Source: an uncultured Pseudobdellovibrionaceae bacterium (GTDB taxonomy: Bacteria; Bdellovibrionota; Bdellovibrionia; Bdellovibrionales; UBA1609). Taken from it: a stretch of DNA of 64,000 nt. Under the pieces are notes generated by a model, which had not been told where the DNA came from, did not search any database, and was given only the letters and a program-made list of their open reading frames with translations. Made by a program: the position numbers and the translations under genes. The DNA is taken from contig CAYHVK010000004.1 of the NCBI GenBank assembly GCA_964360255.1, positions 8,595 to 72,594 on the forward strand, read 5' to 3'. Positions 39,483 to 48,480 of this stretch are shown here, in pieces. Position 1 is the first letter of the stretch, and each line of letters begins with the position of its first letter.

Positions 39483-39558
39483 GCGGGAGTAGCTCAGTTG
39501 ATAGAGCGCTGCCTTGCCAAGGCAGAGGTCGCGGGTTTGAGTCCCGTCTCCCGCTCCA
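39483..39558 (+). tRNA. tRNA-Gly (anticodon GCC)
   Basis: 76 nt. Acceptor stem GCGGGAG/CTCCCGC, D-arm GCTC-AGTTGATA-GAGC, anticodon arm CTGCC-TTGCCAA-GGCAG, T-arm GCGGG-TTTGAGT-CCCGT, and an encoded CCA. Confidence 0.95.
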
Positions 39559-39577
39559 AAATTTTTATTCATTTCAA

Positions 39578-39603
39578 AGCCAGCTCAACGCTGGCTTTTT
39601 TTA
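39578..39603 (+). terminator. Rho-independent terminator after tRNA-Gly
   Basis: AGCCAGC-tcaac-GCTGGCT followed by TTTTTTT. Confidence 0.8.
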
Positions 39604-39792
39604 TGGGCCCACTAGAAAATCACAGTCCACTTTTGCGTGAACTGGATACCCAAAATGAGCGCTTTAACTAGGTTTTAGACAATGTGAGGCCTTTAAGTCC
39701 ATTAAATCCCGAACAAACCGTGGCATGTATTTTGAAGCTTCCTGGTACTGAGAATTATATACAAAAAATATGAAACCCCGCAGGAGATTAAA

Positions 39793-40311
39793 ATGTTAAT
39801 CAAAAGAAGTTTATTCGCATCTATGATGTTTTTTGCTATGCACGCACAAGCAGGAACAAAAAACGATTTGAGCGCCATGAACGGAATTTGGATCGGCAAA
39901 GCCTGCACGGGCATCCACTATAGTACTGCATACACCCAAAACTTAGGCGGCAGCTATGTTGGGTACAATAATCCAGTGAAAATCGAGTTCAATTCAGCTG
40001 CCGGAACATTTAAAGCCGACACGCTGGTCTCTTCTATGTATCTGCTGAATAATGTGAAACAAATCGATGGTCAGAAAACTCAAGTTCAGACGTATAATGC
40101 AATGAGCGACACTTATATTAAAGCGAAGACTAGCCCAGGCACACTCACTGTCGAGCAATTTAATACAACATCATTCAAATCTCTCGGTGGTAAAGAACGG
40201 GACACTCTTGCTACCATCAAACTTGAGGGTTCACAGCTCAAAATTAAATATACAATTTATGTTCAAAACGATAAGTATGACAACATTGAGTGTACTTTGG
40301 AGAAGCAGTAA
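39793..40311 (+). CDS. Secreted beta-rich hypothetical protein
   Basis: Signal peptide MLIKRSLFASMMFFAMHAQA. GCAGGAG RBS. Confidence 0.55.
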   Translation: MLIKRSLFASMMFFAMHAQAGTKNDLSAMNGIWIGKACTGIHYSTAYTQNLGGSYVGYNNPVKIEFNSAAGTFKADTLVSSMYLLNNVKQIDGQKTQVQTYNAMSDTYIKAKTSPGTLTVEQFNTTSFKSLGGKERDTLATIKLEGSQLKIKYTIYVQNDKYDNIECTLEKQ

Positions 40312-40324
40312 TCTCTGAGAGTAC

Positions 40325-40343
40325 GGGCTTGTAATTCAAGCCC
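40325..40343. terminator. Hairpin between convergent genes
   Basis: GGGCTTG-taatt-CAAGCCC. Confidence 0.4.
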
Positions 40344-40350
40344 CTGCCAA

Positions 40351-41562
40351 TCAGCGCAAAGAATCGACTATGGATTTCTTCAAAATATGTCGAAGGGCCG
40401 GCAAAGTGGCCAATACGGGTATCACAAGAGCGACGATCGCTCCCTGCACTAAACCCGAATAGGTAAATAGAATCTGAAAAGGAAATTCAACACTAGAACC
40501 TGGCAGTACAATTGGAATTTGAGCCATATTAAGAAGAGTCGAGATTAACACCGCACAAGGAAACGCAATTCCAACGCCCACAAGCCCCATAATTAAACTC
40601 TCAAGTAAAAAAATAACCATGAGATCTTTCTTCTCAAAACCTAGCGCTCTCAATGTTCCAATTTCTGAAGTTCGCTCAATAATCGACATTGAGATGGTGT
40701 TTGCAATACCTAGAAATATCATAATCCCCAAAAGATAAACAACAATACGAATTTGCATCTCCCAAAAATCTTCTACCTGGTTAAATAAAGTAGAAAGCTC
40801 ACGCCACGATTTCACCTTTAGATTGTGTTGATCGGCAAGAGGCTGCAACTCTTGAATAACTTTTTGCAAAGAAGAGTCCGGCTTTATTTGAATTATAAGC
40901 TGCTCAAAACTATCTGCATCGAGCAGTCGCTGAGCCGCCTTATGAGGAATAAAAAAAACATAATCATCTATTTCTGCCACGCCCATATTAAAAATGCCTC
41001 GTACAGTGACATCCATAGCATTAACTGTTCCATCGAGCGTCGATGTTACAAGGGTAATATTATCTCCGATATTCGCATGCATCGAGCCATTCAAGCCTTG
41101 ACCAATTAAAATCTCACGATCTGATGAGGGCTGCAGCTGAGCACCTTTTACAATTTGCATGGCCGACCAAATATTCTCTTCTTTGTCGACTTCAAACCCA
41201 ATGCCTCGAGCGCTAATGGAGCTCTCTCCTTTTGAAAGTAAAGTGAAAAAAGACAATCGTCCAGCTACAGAGCTCACATGAGGATTTTTTTCTATTTCTG
41301 CTCGAAGATTTTCGACCTCTGTCAAATACCCATCTCGAGCTAACCGTAAAGGAGTGCGATCAAAATAGGACGGCTTTGCAATTTGAATATGACCGTACAT
41401 AGAATTAACCGATATTTCTTCAAGGGACTGCAAGATATCAGAAGCAAACCCATGAAAAATATAAAGTGAACAAAACGCTCCTATAATCATTCCGATACTC
41501 ACTAGCGAGCGCCGGGTGTGACGAAACAAATTTTTGAAAGCGAATTTTATATAAATACTCAT
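40351..41562 (-). CDS. ABC transporter permease, FtsX/MacB/LolC type
   Basis: TM1, then a periplasmic loop of about 230 aa, then three C-terminal TMs. Zero-gap junction with the ATPase gene. Confidence 0.85.
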   Translation of the reverse strand: MSIYIKFAFKNLFRHTRRSLVSIGMIIGAFCSLYIFHGFASDILQSLEEISVNSMYGHIQIAKPSYFDRTPLRLARDGYLTEVENLRAEIEKNPHVSSVAGRLSFFTLLSKGESSISARGIGFEVDKEENIWSAMQIVKGAQLQPSSDREILIGQGLNGSMHANIGDNITLVTSTLDGTVNAMDVTVRGIFNMGVAEIDDYVFFIPHKAAQRLLDADSFEQLIIQIKPDSSLQKVIQELQPLADQHNLKVKSWRELSTLFNQVEDFWEMQIRIVVYLLGIMIFLGIANTISMSIIERTSEIGTLRALGFEKKDLMVIFLLESLIMGLVGVGIAFPCAVLISTLLNMAQIPIVLPGSSVEFPFQILFTYSGLVQGAIVALVIPVLATLPALRHILKKSIVDSLR

Positions 41563-42246
41563 TTACTTTTTTTCTTCATTAACGATGTGTCCGTCACGCA
41601 GATAAATAAGACGCTTAGCCATCGCCATAATTTCAGGATCATGGGTTGAAAATACTATTGTTTTTTGATCTTTAACATTTAAATCCTGCAGTAAATGCAA
41701 AATCTCTCGTGCTCTTGTTGCGTCTAAACTAGCCGTTGGCTCATCTGCCAATATGACCTTTGGCTTTACCGCCAAAGCGCGCGCTATAGCCACCCTTTGC
41801 TTTTGACCGCCACTCAGTTGAGACGGATATTGATGAACAACACTCTTTAAACCAACGCGATCGAGCACTTCATAGGCCATCATCAAACTCTCTTCAGAGC
41901 CAAGGCCTTTTCTGATCAAGGGCATCTGAACGTTTTCTAGCGCTGTTAAAACAGGCAAAAGGTTGAAGGTCTGAAAAATATAGCCAAAATGATGGCGACG
42001 AAGCTCTGCTAACTGTCGATCAGATAGGCCTTTAATAGTTTTAGACTCAATTTCAATCTCACCAGAAGTCACTTCATCAAGAGTACCAAGAAGGTTTAGT
42101 AATGTCGTCTTGCCCGAACCACTAGGACCACATAAAGCTATAAAATCTCCAGCTTCAATCTTCAAATTAATATCATGGAGAGCCGTGAATTGAACTTCAC
42201 CAGACTGATAAATTTTCTTCAGACCCTTTGCTTCAAGCAATGTCAT
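41563..42246 (-). CDS. ABC transporter ATP-binding protein (LolD/MacB-NBD type)
   Basis: Walker A GPSGSGKTT, signature LSGGQKQRVAIARAL, and Walker B ILADEPT. Confidence 0.93.
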   Translation of the reverse strand: MTLLEAKGLKKIYQSGEVQFTALHDINLKIEAGDFIALCGPSGSGKTTLLNLLGTLDEVTSGEIEIESKTIKGLSDRQLAELRRHHFGYIFQTFNLLPVLTALENVQMPLIRKGLGSEESLMMAYEVLDRVGLKSVVHQYPSQLSGGQKQRVAIARALAVKPKVILADEPTASLDATRAREILHLLQDLNVKDQKTIVFSTHDPEIMAMAKRLIYLRDGHIVNEEKK

Positions 42247-43488
42247 TTACAAATCCCTTGTATAGCTTACGAATTTAACAAAAAATCGGCTAGAGTCTTT
42301 CAGATCACCCCATTCAGTCCCCGACGAGCCACCCAAAAAATCTGCACCTAAAGTAATTTCAGATTGCAGGCTTGTCGGAAGAGTCAGGCTTGGCGAAATC
42401 CAATGACTATTTTTATCAAAATGTTGATTATAGAGAAGCTCAAAGCTGATATCAGAGTCCCAACTCCGAGCCAGTCGAAGCGAGGCTGATGTTTCGACAT
42501 CAGAACGAAATAAATAATTTTCTTTCTCTTGTAATCTGAATTCAGAATATTGCAATCCCACTTCCCAATCTTTTATTTGGACTATATCTGCTCCCAATAC
42601 ATATATAAGCTCATTTGTTTTTAGCGTTTCTTCATAAAAGGCTCCACCTTTTTGCATTTCACGATCTAAATTATAAATGACTTCTGCGCGAAGTAGCAGA
42701 TCTGACAAGTCAGCGGTGAGAGTTGCACCAAGTGAAGTTAAATTTTTAAACTGAGGCCGCAAGCGAATCTCACTGGCCACATGACTAACTGTATATACAG
42801 GAAAGCGGTCAGCCGCTTGCAAAGCAAACAAAGAGATGTCGGCAGTCCCCCAACGAAAACTTCCTTTTAGGCCGATGTCATTACGACCGAAATCAGCAGA
42901 AGATCTTTCAACTTTAAAGTTGTCAGGCAGAAGTGAATAACGAGAACCTCTCAAGGGCAACAAATGATGCTCAGCTTGAGGTAGATACAAAATTTGCAAA
43001 CTTGAATCCCCCCAAATCCATTGAAAATTGACCAGCGGGATTGAGATTCTTGTTTCACTTAATGTATCCAAACCTAATTCACGATAGTCCTTCGGATTAA
43101 CCAAGTCGGCATAAGCTGTTCCAAAAGCTTCGCCCCATACTACAGTTTGGTAACCTGCAGTTACACTGAATATCTGACCCTCATATCTTAACCACGTTTC
43201 TTTTAACCAAAAATTATAAGTGTCTTCTTTTTTAATATCTCGAGAGTATTGATCGGGCTGAGTTGTATATATGGCTTCAAGTTCTTGTTTAAAACCAATT
43301 GAGCCATCCCAATTTTCACCCAACTGTTTTTTTTGAGTCACATCAACTCTAATTAAGTTTGAACTTGCATCTACGTTCTCTATAAAGCGACCATGTCTAA
43401 GCAATAAACGTGCATCTAAAGTAGATTCTGCCCAGGCATGAGAGACACTGAGATTGAAAAAAGCTATAAAAAGTAATTTACAGTTCAT
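42247..43488 (-). CDS. Large outer-membrane beta-barrel-like protein, unknown family
   Basis: Signal peptide (AWA/E). Alternating strand pattern throughout, 413 aa. It overlaps the upstream gene by 11 nt. Confidence 0.5.
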   Translation of the reverse strand: MNCKLLFIAFFNLSVSHAWAESTLDARLLLRHGRFIENVDASSNLIRVDVTQKKQLGENWDGSIGFKQELEAIYTTQPDQYSRDIKKEDTYNFWLKETWLRYEGQIFSVTAGYQTVVWGEAFGTAYADLVNPKDYRELGLDTLSETRISIPLVNFQWIWGDSSLQILYLPQAEHHLLPLRGSRYSLLPDNFKVERSSADFGRNDIGLKGSFRWGTADISLFALQAADRFPVYTVSHVASEIRLRPQFKNLTSLGATLTADLSDLLLRAEVIYNLDREMQKGGAFYEETLKTNELIYVLGADIVQIKDWEVGLQYSEFRLQEKENYLFRSDVETSASLRLARSWDSDISFELLYNQHFDKNSHWISPSLTLPTSLQSEITLGADFLGGSSGTEWGDLKDSSRFFVKFVSYTRDL

Positions 43489-44221
43489 TTTCTCTCAATG
43501 CGTCTTTATTAAATGAACTGGGTTTAAATTTAGTTTTTCTAAAGTCTTTATATGTTAATACAGAGCGCCTGCTACTCAGCGCATCTGTAAGCTCTAGCTC
43601 TGTTAACAAAGTTGTATTAAAAACTTTTTTAGGTCGCTTAAAGAAGCCTCTTTTCATAACTTTTAAATCAGATGTTAGAAACTCAGCTTTAACAGGCTTA
43701 TGGGTGCCAATCTCTATCCAATAATAAATAGCAGCGTACGTGACATCTTTTGATTTAGCTTTTAATAGCAATTTTTTAGTTTTACGAGATAATACTTTTT
43801 CTTCTGAAACAAACTGCGCATTATAATCTGCCGAAAAATTTGTGCGAGCAATATCGCCATTTGCGACCTCACCCGTCAGTTTCTGTTGAAAGCTGATTCT
43901 TGTTGGGCGCCCCACATCAGGGGTTTGTACCCACATATCACGTCCAACCATAAGCATATTACGCCCTACAGAACGGCTTGGAAATTTTGTTTCAACTCTA
44001 ATTTTATCCGCAGGCTGATAGGCAATCGCATATTTGGTTTCTCTTAACTGAGTTGCATCATCAAATTCAGTTACTATAGCCAAATAGGCATAAGATGTTT
44101 CAGGTGAACGATAGAGATCTGCTTTCTTCACCATTTGATCAGGCGTTAACGCGTGAGCCGATAATGAGGTCATAGATAAAAGTAAAGAAATAAAAAAAGT
44201 AGTTTTATGTCTTGTCTTCAT
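43478..44221 (-). CDS. LolA-like outer-membrane lipoprotein-sorting family protein
   Basis: Signal peptide (AHA/L). The size and sequence pattern (MVKKADLYRSPETSYAYL...MLMVGRDMWVQTP) match the LolA_like family as I recall it. Confidence 0.55.
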   Translation of the reverse strand: MKTRHKTTFFISLLLSMTSLSAHALTPDQMVKKADLYRSPETSYAYLAIVTEFDDATQLRETKYAIAYQPADKIRVETKFPSRSVGRNMLMVGRDMWVQTPDVGRPTRISFQQKLTGEVANGDIARTNFSADYNAQFVSEEKVLSRKTKKLLLKAKSKDVTYAAIYYWIEIGTHKPVKAEFLTSDLKVMKRGFFKRPKKVFNTTLLTELELTDALSSRRSVLTYKDFRKTKFKPSSFNKDALRENEL

Positions 44222-44248
44222 GGTGCGAACTCCCAGCTGCTTTCAACT

Positions 44249-44797
44249 TTAAGATGCGGCTTTTATTGCTTCTTTCACAGTAAGTTCAGACTCAATCCAT
44301 GCCCTAATTTCTTCGGGCATAGGCGGCGAAATACACATTTGGTGGGTAGCCTTTAATACTTCACTCACTGGTATATTGCCAGAATCACTTTTAACGATCG
44401 TTCTAACATAACCCACCGCCGCCACTTGACCGTCAACACGAAAAACATGTTTTGCGTAGAACCATGTGTCATCCCAATACACATGCTGAAAATCTACAGT
44501 AAATTTACTGAATATACGAATAGGACGTCGATAATAAATTTTTTGTCCTCCTGTCACCATAAACCATTTGTTTTTTCGCGCTACAGGTATGAATCCGACT
44601 TGAGCCACAAAAGACCAACGCACTAAATCCATGTACATAAAGTAAGCCCCATTATGTAATGCGTAGAAGTCGTCACTCCTCCAGGGCAAGGCTCTGCAGG
44701 TGCTTTCTACTCTTGAGTAGGCATTAATTTGAATTTGCGTAAATCGCGATACAATTGAATAATAGATAAGTCTGAAATAAAAACCCATATAAAACAC
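44249..44797 (-). CDS. Hot-dog fold thioesterase (THEM6/4HBT_2-like)
   Basis: CRALPWRSDDFYALHNGAYFMYMDLVRWSF resembles the RVLPxDLD...HMNNGRYL..DLGR signature. The tracked start is GTG; an ATG lies at 44788. Confidence 0.5.
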   Translation of the reverse strand: MFYMGFYFRLIYYSIVSRFTQIQINAYSRVESTCRALPWRSDDFYALHNGAYFMYMDLVRWSFVAQVGFIPVARKNKWFMVTGGQKIYYRRPIRIFSKFTVDFQHVYWDDTWFYAKHVFRVDGQVAAVGYVRTIVKSDSGNIPVSEVLKATHQMCISPPMPEEIRAWIESELTVKEAIKAAS

Positions 44798-44886
44798 CTT
44801 TGCATGAAAATACTTTCGTCAAAAATTAGAAACCTAGCCCATAGAACTAAGTCCTAAATTTTTAAGAACAGCAAGGTTCCTGAAAA

Positions 44887-46341
44887 CTAAACATTAAATA
44901 AAAATGGCAGTGGATTATCTTTCGGCGCATCTTTGAATTTAGCCAATCCAACCGCATCGTAACTACTGAAGCGATTGTAAGAACCAAAGCCCGGTCGACC
45001 TTCGCGCTGGTATTGCGCTGGTGAAAGCCCCATAGCCTGTGCCATTGTAACTAAAACTTCATTGTAAGGGCGGCCAAACTCAAAGCCTCCGCCACTGACT
45101 TTTTTAAATGGACGCTGACGATAATCAATATAGTAGCCTGAACGCAGCTTTCCACCCGCCGAGCCCCCTATGATCGAAGGCATGCCACCGCACTTGTGAG
45201 CGCTGGCATTTCCCATCTCATCACCCCAAAAAACAATAGAATTATAAAGCATACTATTGCCATCGGCTTCTTTGATTTCTTTCATACGATTCATGAAATA
45301 AGCTACTTTTTCACCGACCCAACCTTTATAGCTCATCCATCTTGTTCTGGCTTCGGCGCTAGAATTCCAATCATGAGAATCACCGTGAATGGCACTCGGA
45401 TTCTGATCAGGATCAGACATCATATGCGGAATACTGATAGTCACAATATTTGTAGCACCACAAATAAGAGCTGCTAGTGCTAAATCCATATGCAACTTAT
45501 AAACTTGATCGTAATTGCTTAATGTCTCTGGTATAGCTGGCTGCCCTGCACACACAAGAGGTGTGAAGGCACTGAGACGACGAGAAATATCAGCCAACGA
45601 ATCTGTATAAAGCGCAAGAAGCTGACGATCTTCACTTGATATCTGTCGACCATCAATGAGCTTTTTGTAATCAGCATGAACTGAGTTCATCACTTTTGAA
45701 AGTTGATTAGGCGTTGTTTTTGTACCAGAGCCAGTACCAAAAAGCCTCTGCGAGACGACTTTATAATCCCACTCGGCCGGCAAGTTTTGTGCAACACCAT
45801 TCTTCGAAGTCCAAGAGAATGAACGTGATTGACTACCAAAACTCGGGGCTAAACGTAAAACTCTTATATAAGGCTCTTGTGGGTAAATCACACTTGATTC
45901 ACCAAGCACAGTATCTAAAGAATATGGAAACGTCGGCGGCGTATTATCACCAGAGTCACCAAAAACTCTGTTTTGCGAACCCGTTAGCGCCAGATGTTTA
46001 TTGTGATCATGTCCATCCATCGAGCAAAGGCCACGCAATATACTGACATCATTTTTTAATGAATCAAAGGCCGAACCTAGAACCGGAGATATAGAAATCG
46101 GAAGTGATGATAAGCGAGAATGAAAAACATCAGGTGCAGCTTGGGTCGTCGGATCAGAAAAAGGATAAAGCTGCTCATCAATTTGACCCAAGATACTTAA
46201 AAACGAGACAAACTTTTTACGTGTTGTTGTGACAGCTGCGGCCCGCGCGCTTTTTGGCATTAATGAAATCAGCATGGGCAACGTCAAGCTTGCGCCAACC
46301 CCTTGCAGAAACAAACGTCTTGAAAAAGCATTATACTTCAT
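44887..46341 (-). CDS. Tat-signal DUF1552-like protein
   Basis: Twin-arginine motif SRRLFLQGVGASLTLPML. 484 aa. It sits 3 nt downstream of the DUF1592-like gene. Confidence 0.65.
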   Translation of the reverse strand: MKYNAFSRRLFLQGVGASLTLPMLISLMPKSARAAAVTTTRKKFVSFLSILGQIDEQLYPFSDPTTQAAPDVFHSRLSSLPISISPVLGSAFDSLKNDVSILRGLCSMDGHDHNKHLALTGSQNRVFGDSGDNTPPTFPYSLDTVLGESSVIYPQEPYIRVLRLAPSFGSQSRSFSWTSKNGVAQNLPAEWDYKVVSQRLFGTGSGTKTTPNQLSKVMNSVHADYKKLIDGRQISSEDRQLLALYTDSLADISRRLSAFTPLVCAGQPAIPETLSNYDQVYKLHMDLALAALICGATNIVTISIPHMMSDPDQNPSAIHGDSHDWNSSAEARTRWMSYKGWVGEKVAYFMNRMKEIKEADGNSMLYNSIVFWGDEMGNASAHKCGGMPSIIGGSAGGKLRSGYYIDYRQRPFKKVSGGGFEFGRPYNEVLVTMAQAMGLSPAQYQREGRPGFGSYNRFSSYDAVGLAKFKDAPKDNPLPFLFNV

Positions 46342-46344
46342 AAA

Positions 46345-48309
46345 TTACTCTCCGGATTTCTTCCAAAATATATCTTCATTGGCTACGCTCTTCTTGAAAA
46401 TATCAATAATATTTGCACTCGGATCTCTGGCCACTCGCTCGATATCAGCTAGTGCGCAAGTATCATAAACATTTTCACCACGCAGTCTTTGATAACGAAA
46501 AACTTGTTGAGCAAAGCAGGCTGGTCCACGCTTACTGTAGGCAATCTTTGTCGACATATCATTGCCACCATTAACCGACACAGGGGTCGCATCAATTTGC
46601 ACCGCAGAACTCGCATCGACCGGGTGGGTTGATGTGATTTTATTATTTACTACAATTTTATCAAGACTGACGAGTCTACCGACGGCGTCGTAATCGTTAA
46701 AAGCAAAGCCAATTGGATTAATCTGCGAGTGACATCCCATACACGCCGGAGCTGATGTTAACGCCGTTGTATATTCACGATGTGATTGATTCGGCAGATC
46801 AACTTCAGGTTCATCAAAACGCTCTGATACAATATCTGGAGACGGTGATGGAATATCTTTGCAAAGCACTCGACGCATAACTTTCACGCCGCGCAAAATT
46901 GGTGAGTAGCGGTCTCTACCTGAGCTTAAATATCCCGCACGTAACAATAAACCGCCACGTCCTGGAGTCTGAGGTGGTGGGCCATGCAGAGCTTCCATTT
47001 GGGCGTAATCTAAATCTCCTGAGTCAGGTGTTCCCCAAAGTGGAACTCTATAAATATTGGCTAGGTCCATACGTCCGTAACCACCATTTCTGACTAAAAC
47101 AGAAGAGTTGGTGAGAAGATCTCGATAAGTGCCACGCTTATAAAACACGACATAGTTTACATAACGATTAATCTCGGTATTCATAGTCGCATGGAGCTGA
47201 TTGGTGTCGAGACCTTCATCAAACACACTGCTTAAACGAATCGGTCGTAAAAATTCTTTTTCCATCCAGAAGTTGAAAAACTGAGTTGTCTTCCTCTCTC
47301 CGGCAGCTGTTTCTATTAAACGGCTCACATGACTTTCTACGTTGGCTAGATTTTGCAACTGACCAGCGTCTGCCGCAGCCATCAATGCAGTATCAGGCGG
47401 ATACGAAGTGATACCATAAGATATTCTAGATGCGATTTCATAATCAGTCAGTCGAGTTCGCCCACTGACATCAGGGCCTTGCCCGCGTGCCATTAAGAAA
47501 AGAAAATCAGGTGAATTGAAAAGACGAATAATAATATTCTTCGCACCTTGAATACGCGAACTCTCGGCCTTGAACATTGAGAAATAAGAATCCACTTCTT
47601 CTGTCTGCAAAGGTCTTCTCATTACTTTTTTGCCAAATCTTTGAATGAATGTGCGCACACATGTGTCATTTAAACTTGCCTCAGTAATTGGTGACCCTGT
47701 ACATGGCGAGAGATGGCTACTCATTGAAGGCTCTAAGACTCCATCTGCTATGCGAGATGATAACTCGGCAAAAGCTGAAGCATGGTCTTCGAAAAAGATC
47801 TCTTGATAGTCGCCAGGATTGTAGAATGGCAAATCTAGCGGCACCATACGCCAGTAAGGCGCGAAATAAGAAGCCACACTAACTAAACTACCAAAACGAG
47901 TTCCCAATATTGTACGAAGAGTATTTTCTAGTTCTTCTCGACTGAGACGACGCATAGATGTTGAACTTTTGCCGCGCTCAGCAGGAACTTTACAACTGTA
48001 ATCAAAAGCGCCCGGTTCAATAGGCGGAGGCGGTAGGACTGGTGGCGGGGGTGGTGGCGGTGTTCCAGGCGGAGGTGTAACTGGCGGAGGTACGACCGGT
48101 GGTGGCACTACTGGTGGTGGTGGCTCTGGTGTACCTGGCTCACTCGGCGTACCGGCGGAGCTTTGGCTGCTTGAATCGGTATTTCCACTCTCGAAGCCTG
48201 TACCGCACCCTTGACCTTGAAATAAAATTAAAGCTGCGGCTAATGAAAGTGTCGATATTTTTCTGAGTCTATATATGAATATACTAGCACGTGGCTTAAT
48301 TTGATTCAT
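46345..48309 (-). CDS. DUF1592/DUF1588/DUF1585-like protein with CxxCH motif and poly-Pro linker
   Basis: CMGCHSQINPIGFAFNDYDAVGR near the C-terminus, and a roughly 40-aa Pro tract after the signal sequence. This is the architecture of the planctomycete-type DUF159x family. Confidence 0.65.
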   Translation of the reverse strand: MNQIKPRASIFIYRLRKISTLSLAAALILFQGQGCGTGFESGNTDSSSQSSAGTPSEPGTPEPPPPVVPPPVVPPPVTPPPGTPPPPPPPVLPPPPIEPGAFDYSCKVPAERGKSSTSMRRLSREELENTLRTILGTRFGSLVSVASYFAPYWRMVPLDLPFYNPGDYQEIFFEDHASAFAELSSRIADGVLEPSMSSHLSPCTGSPITEASLNDTCVRTFIQRFGKKVMRRPLQTEEVDSYFSMFKAESSRIQGAKNIIIRLFNSPDFLFLMARGQGPDVSGRTRLTDYEIASRISYGITSYPPDTALMAAADAGQLQNLANVESHVSRLIETAAGERKTTQFFNFWMEKEFLRPIRLSSVFDEGLDTNQLHATMNTEINRYVNYVVFYKRGTYRDLLTNSSVLVRNGGYGRMDLANIYRVPLWGTPDSGDLDYAQMEALHGPPPQTPGRGGLLLRAGYLSSGRDRYSPILRGVKVMRRVLCKDIPSPSPDIVSERFDEPEVDLPNQSHREYTTALTSAPACMGCHSQINPIGFAFNDYDAVGRLVSLDKIVVNNKITSTHPVDASSAVQIDATPVSVNGGNDMSTKIAYSKRGPACFAQQVFRYQRLRGENVYDTCALADIERVARDPSANIIDIFKKSVANEDIFWKKSGE

Positions 48310-48366
48310 ATAGTATCATCGGCTATAGGGCCTGCTCTCTTGACGGATTTCATAGTCAAATAGCTA

Positions 48367-48400
48367 AAATGTGCGGCATTTTAGGCAAATTCATGAATTC
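48367..48400. promoter_or_regulatory. Operator-like element related to the 50444-50474 palindrome
   Basis: AATGTGCGGCA plus GGCAAATTCAT match the 50.4-kb palindrome arm. It also contains the 12-bp palindrome AATTCATGAATT. It lies 60-90 nt upstream of the DUF1592-like start. Confidence 0.4.
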
Positions 48401-48480
48401 GAAAATAGGTACTTTAAGAACGAGGATATTAGATTTCATCTCTAACAAAAAAATATGACTAAACTTTAGACAGTCACATA

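Noticed and set aside
34000-39558. Classical integrative genomic island
   Set aside because: No integrase or recombinase, no visible direct repeat of a tRNA 3' end, and no mobility genes. It is reported only as a tRNA-bracketed accessory-looking segment.
39330-39572. 80-aa minus-strand ORF
   Set aside because: It lies antisense to tRNA-Gly(GCC) and its promoter, so it is a shadow ORF.
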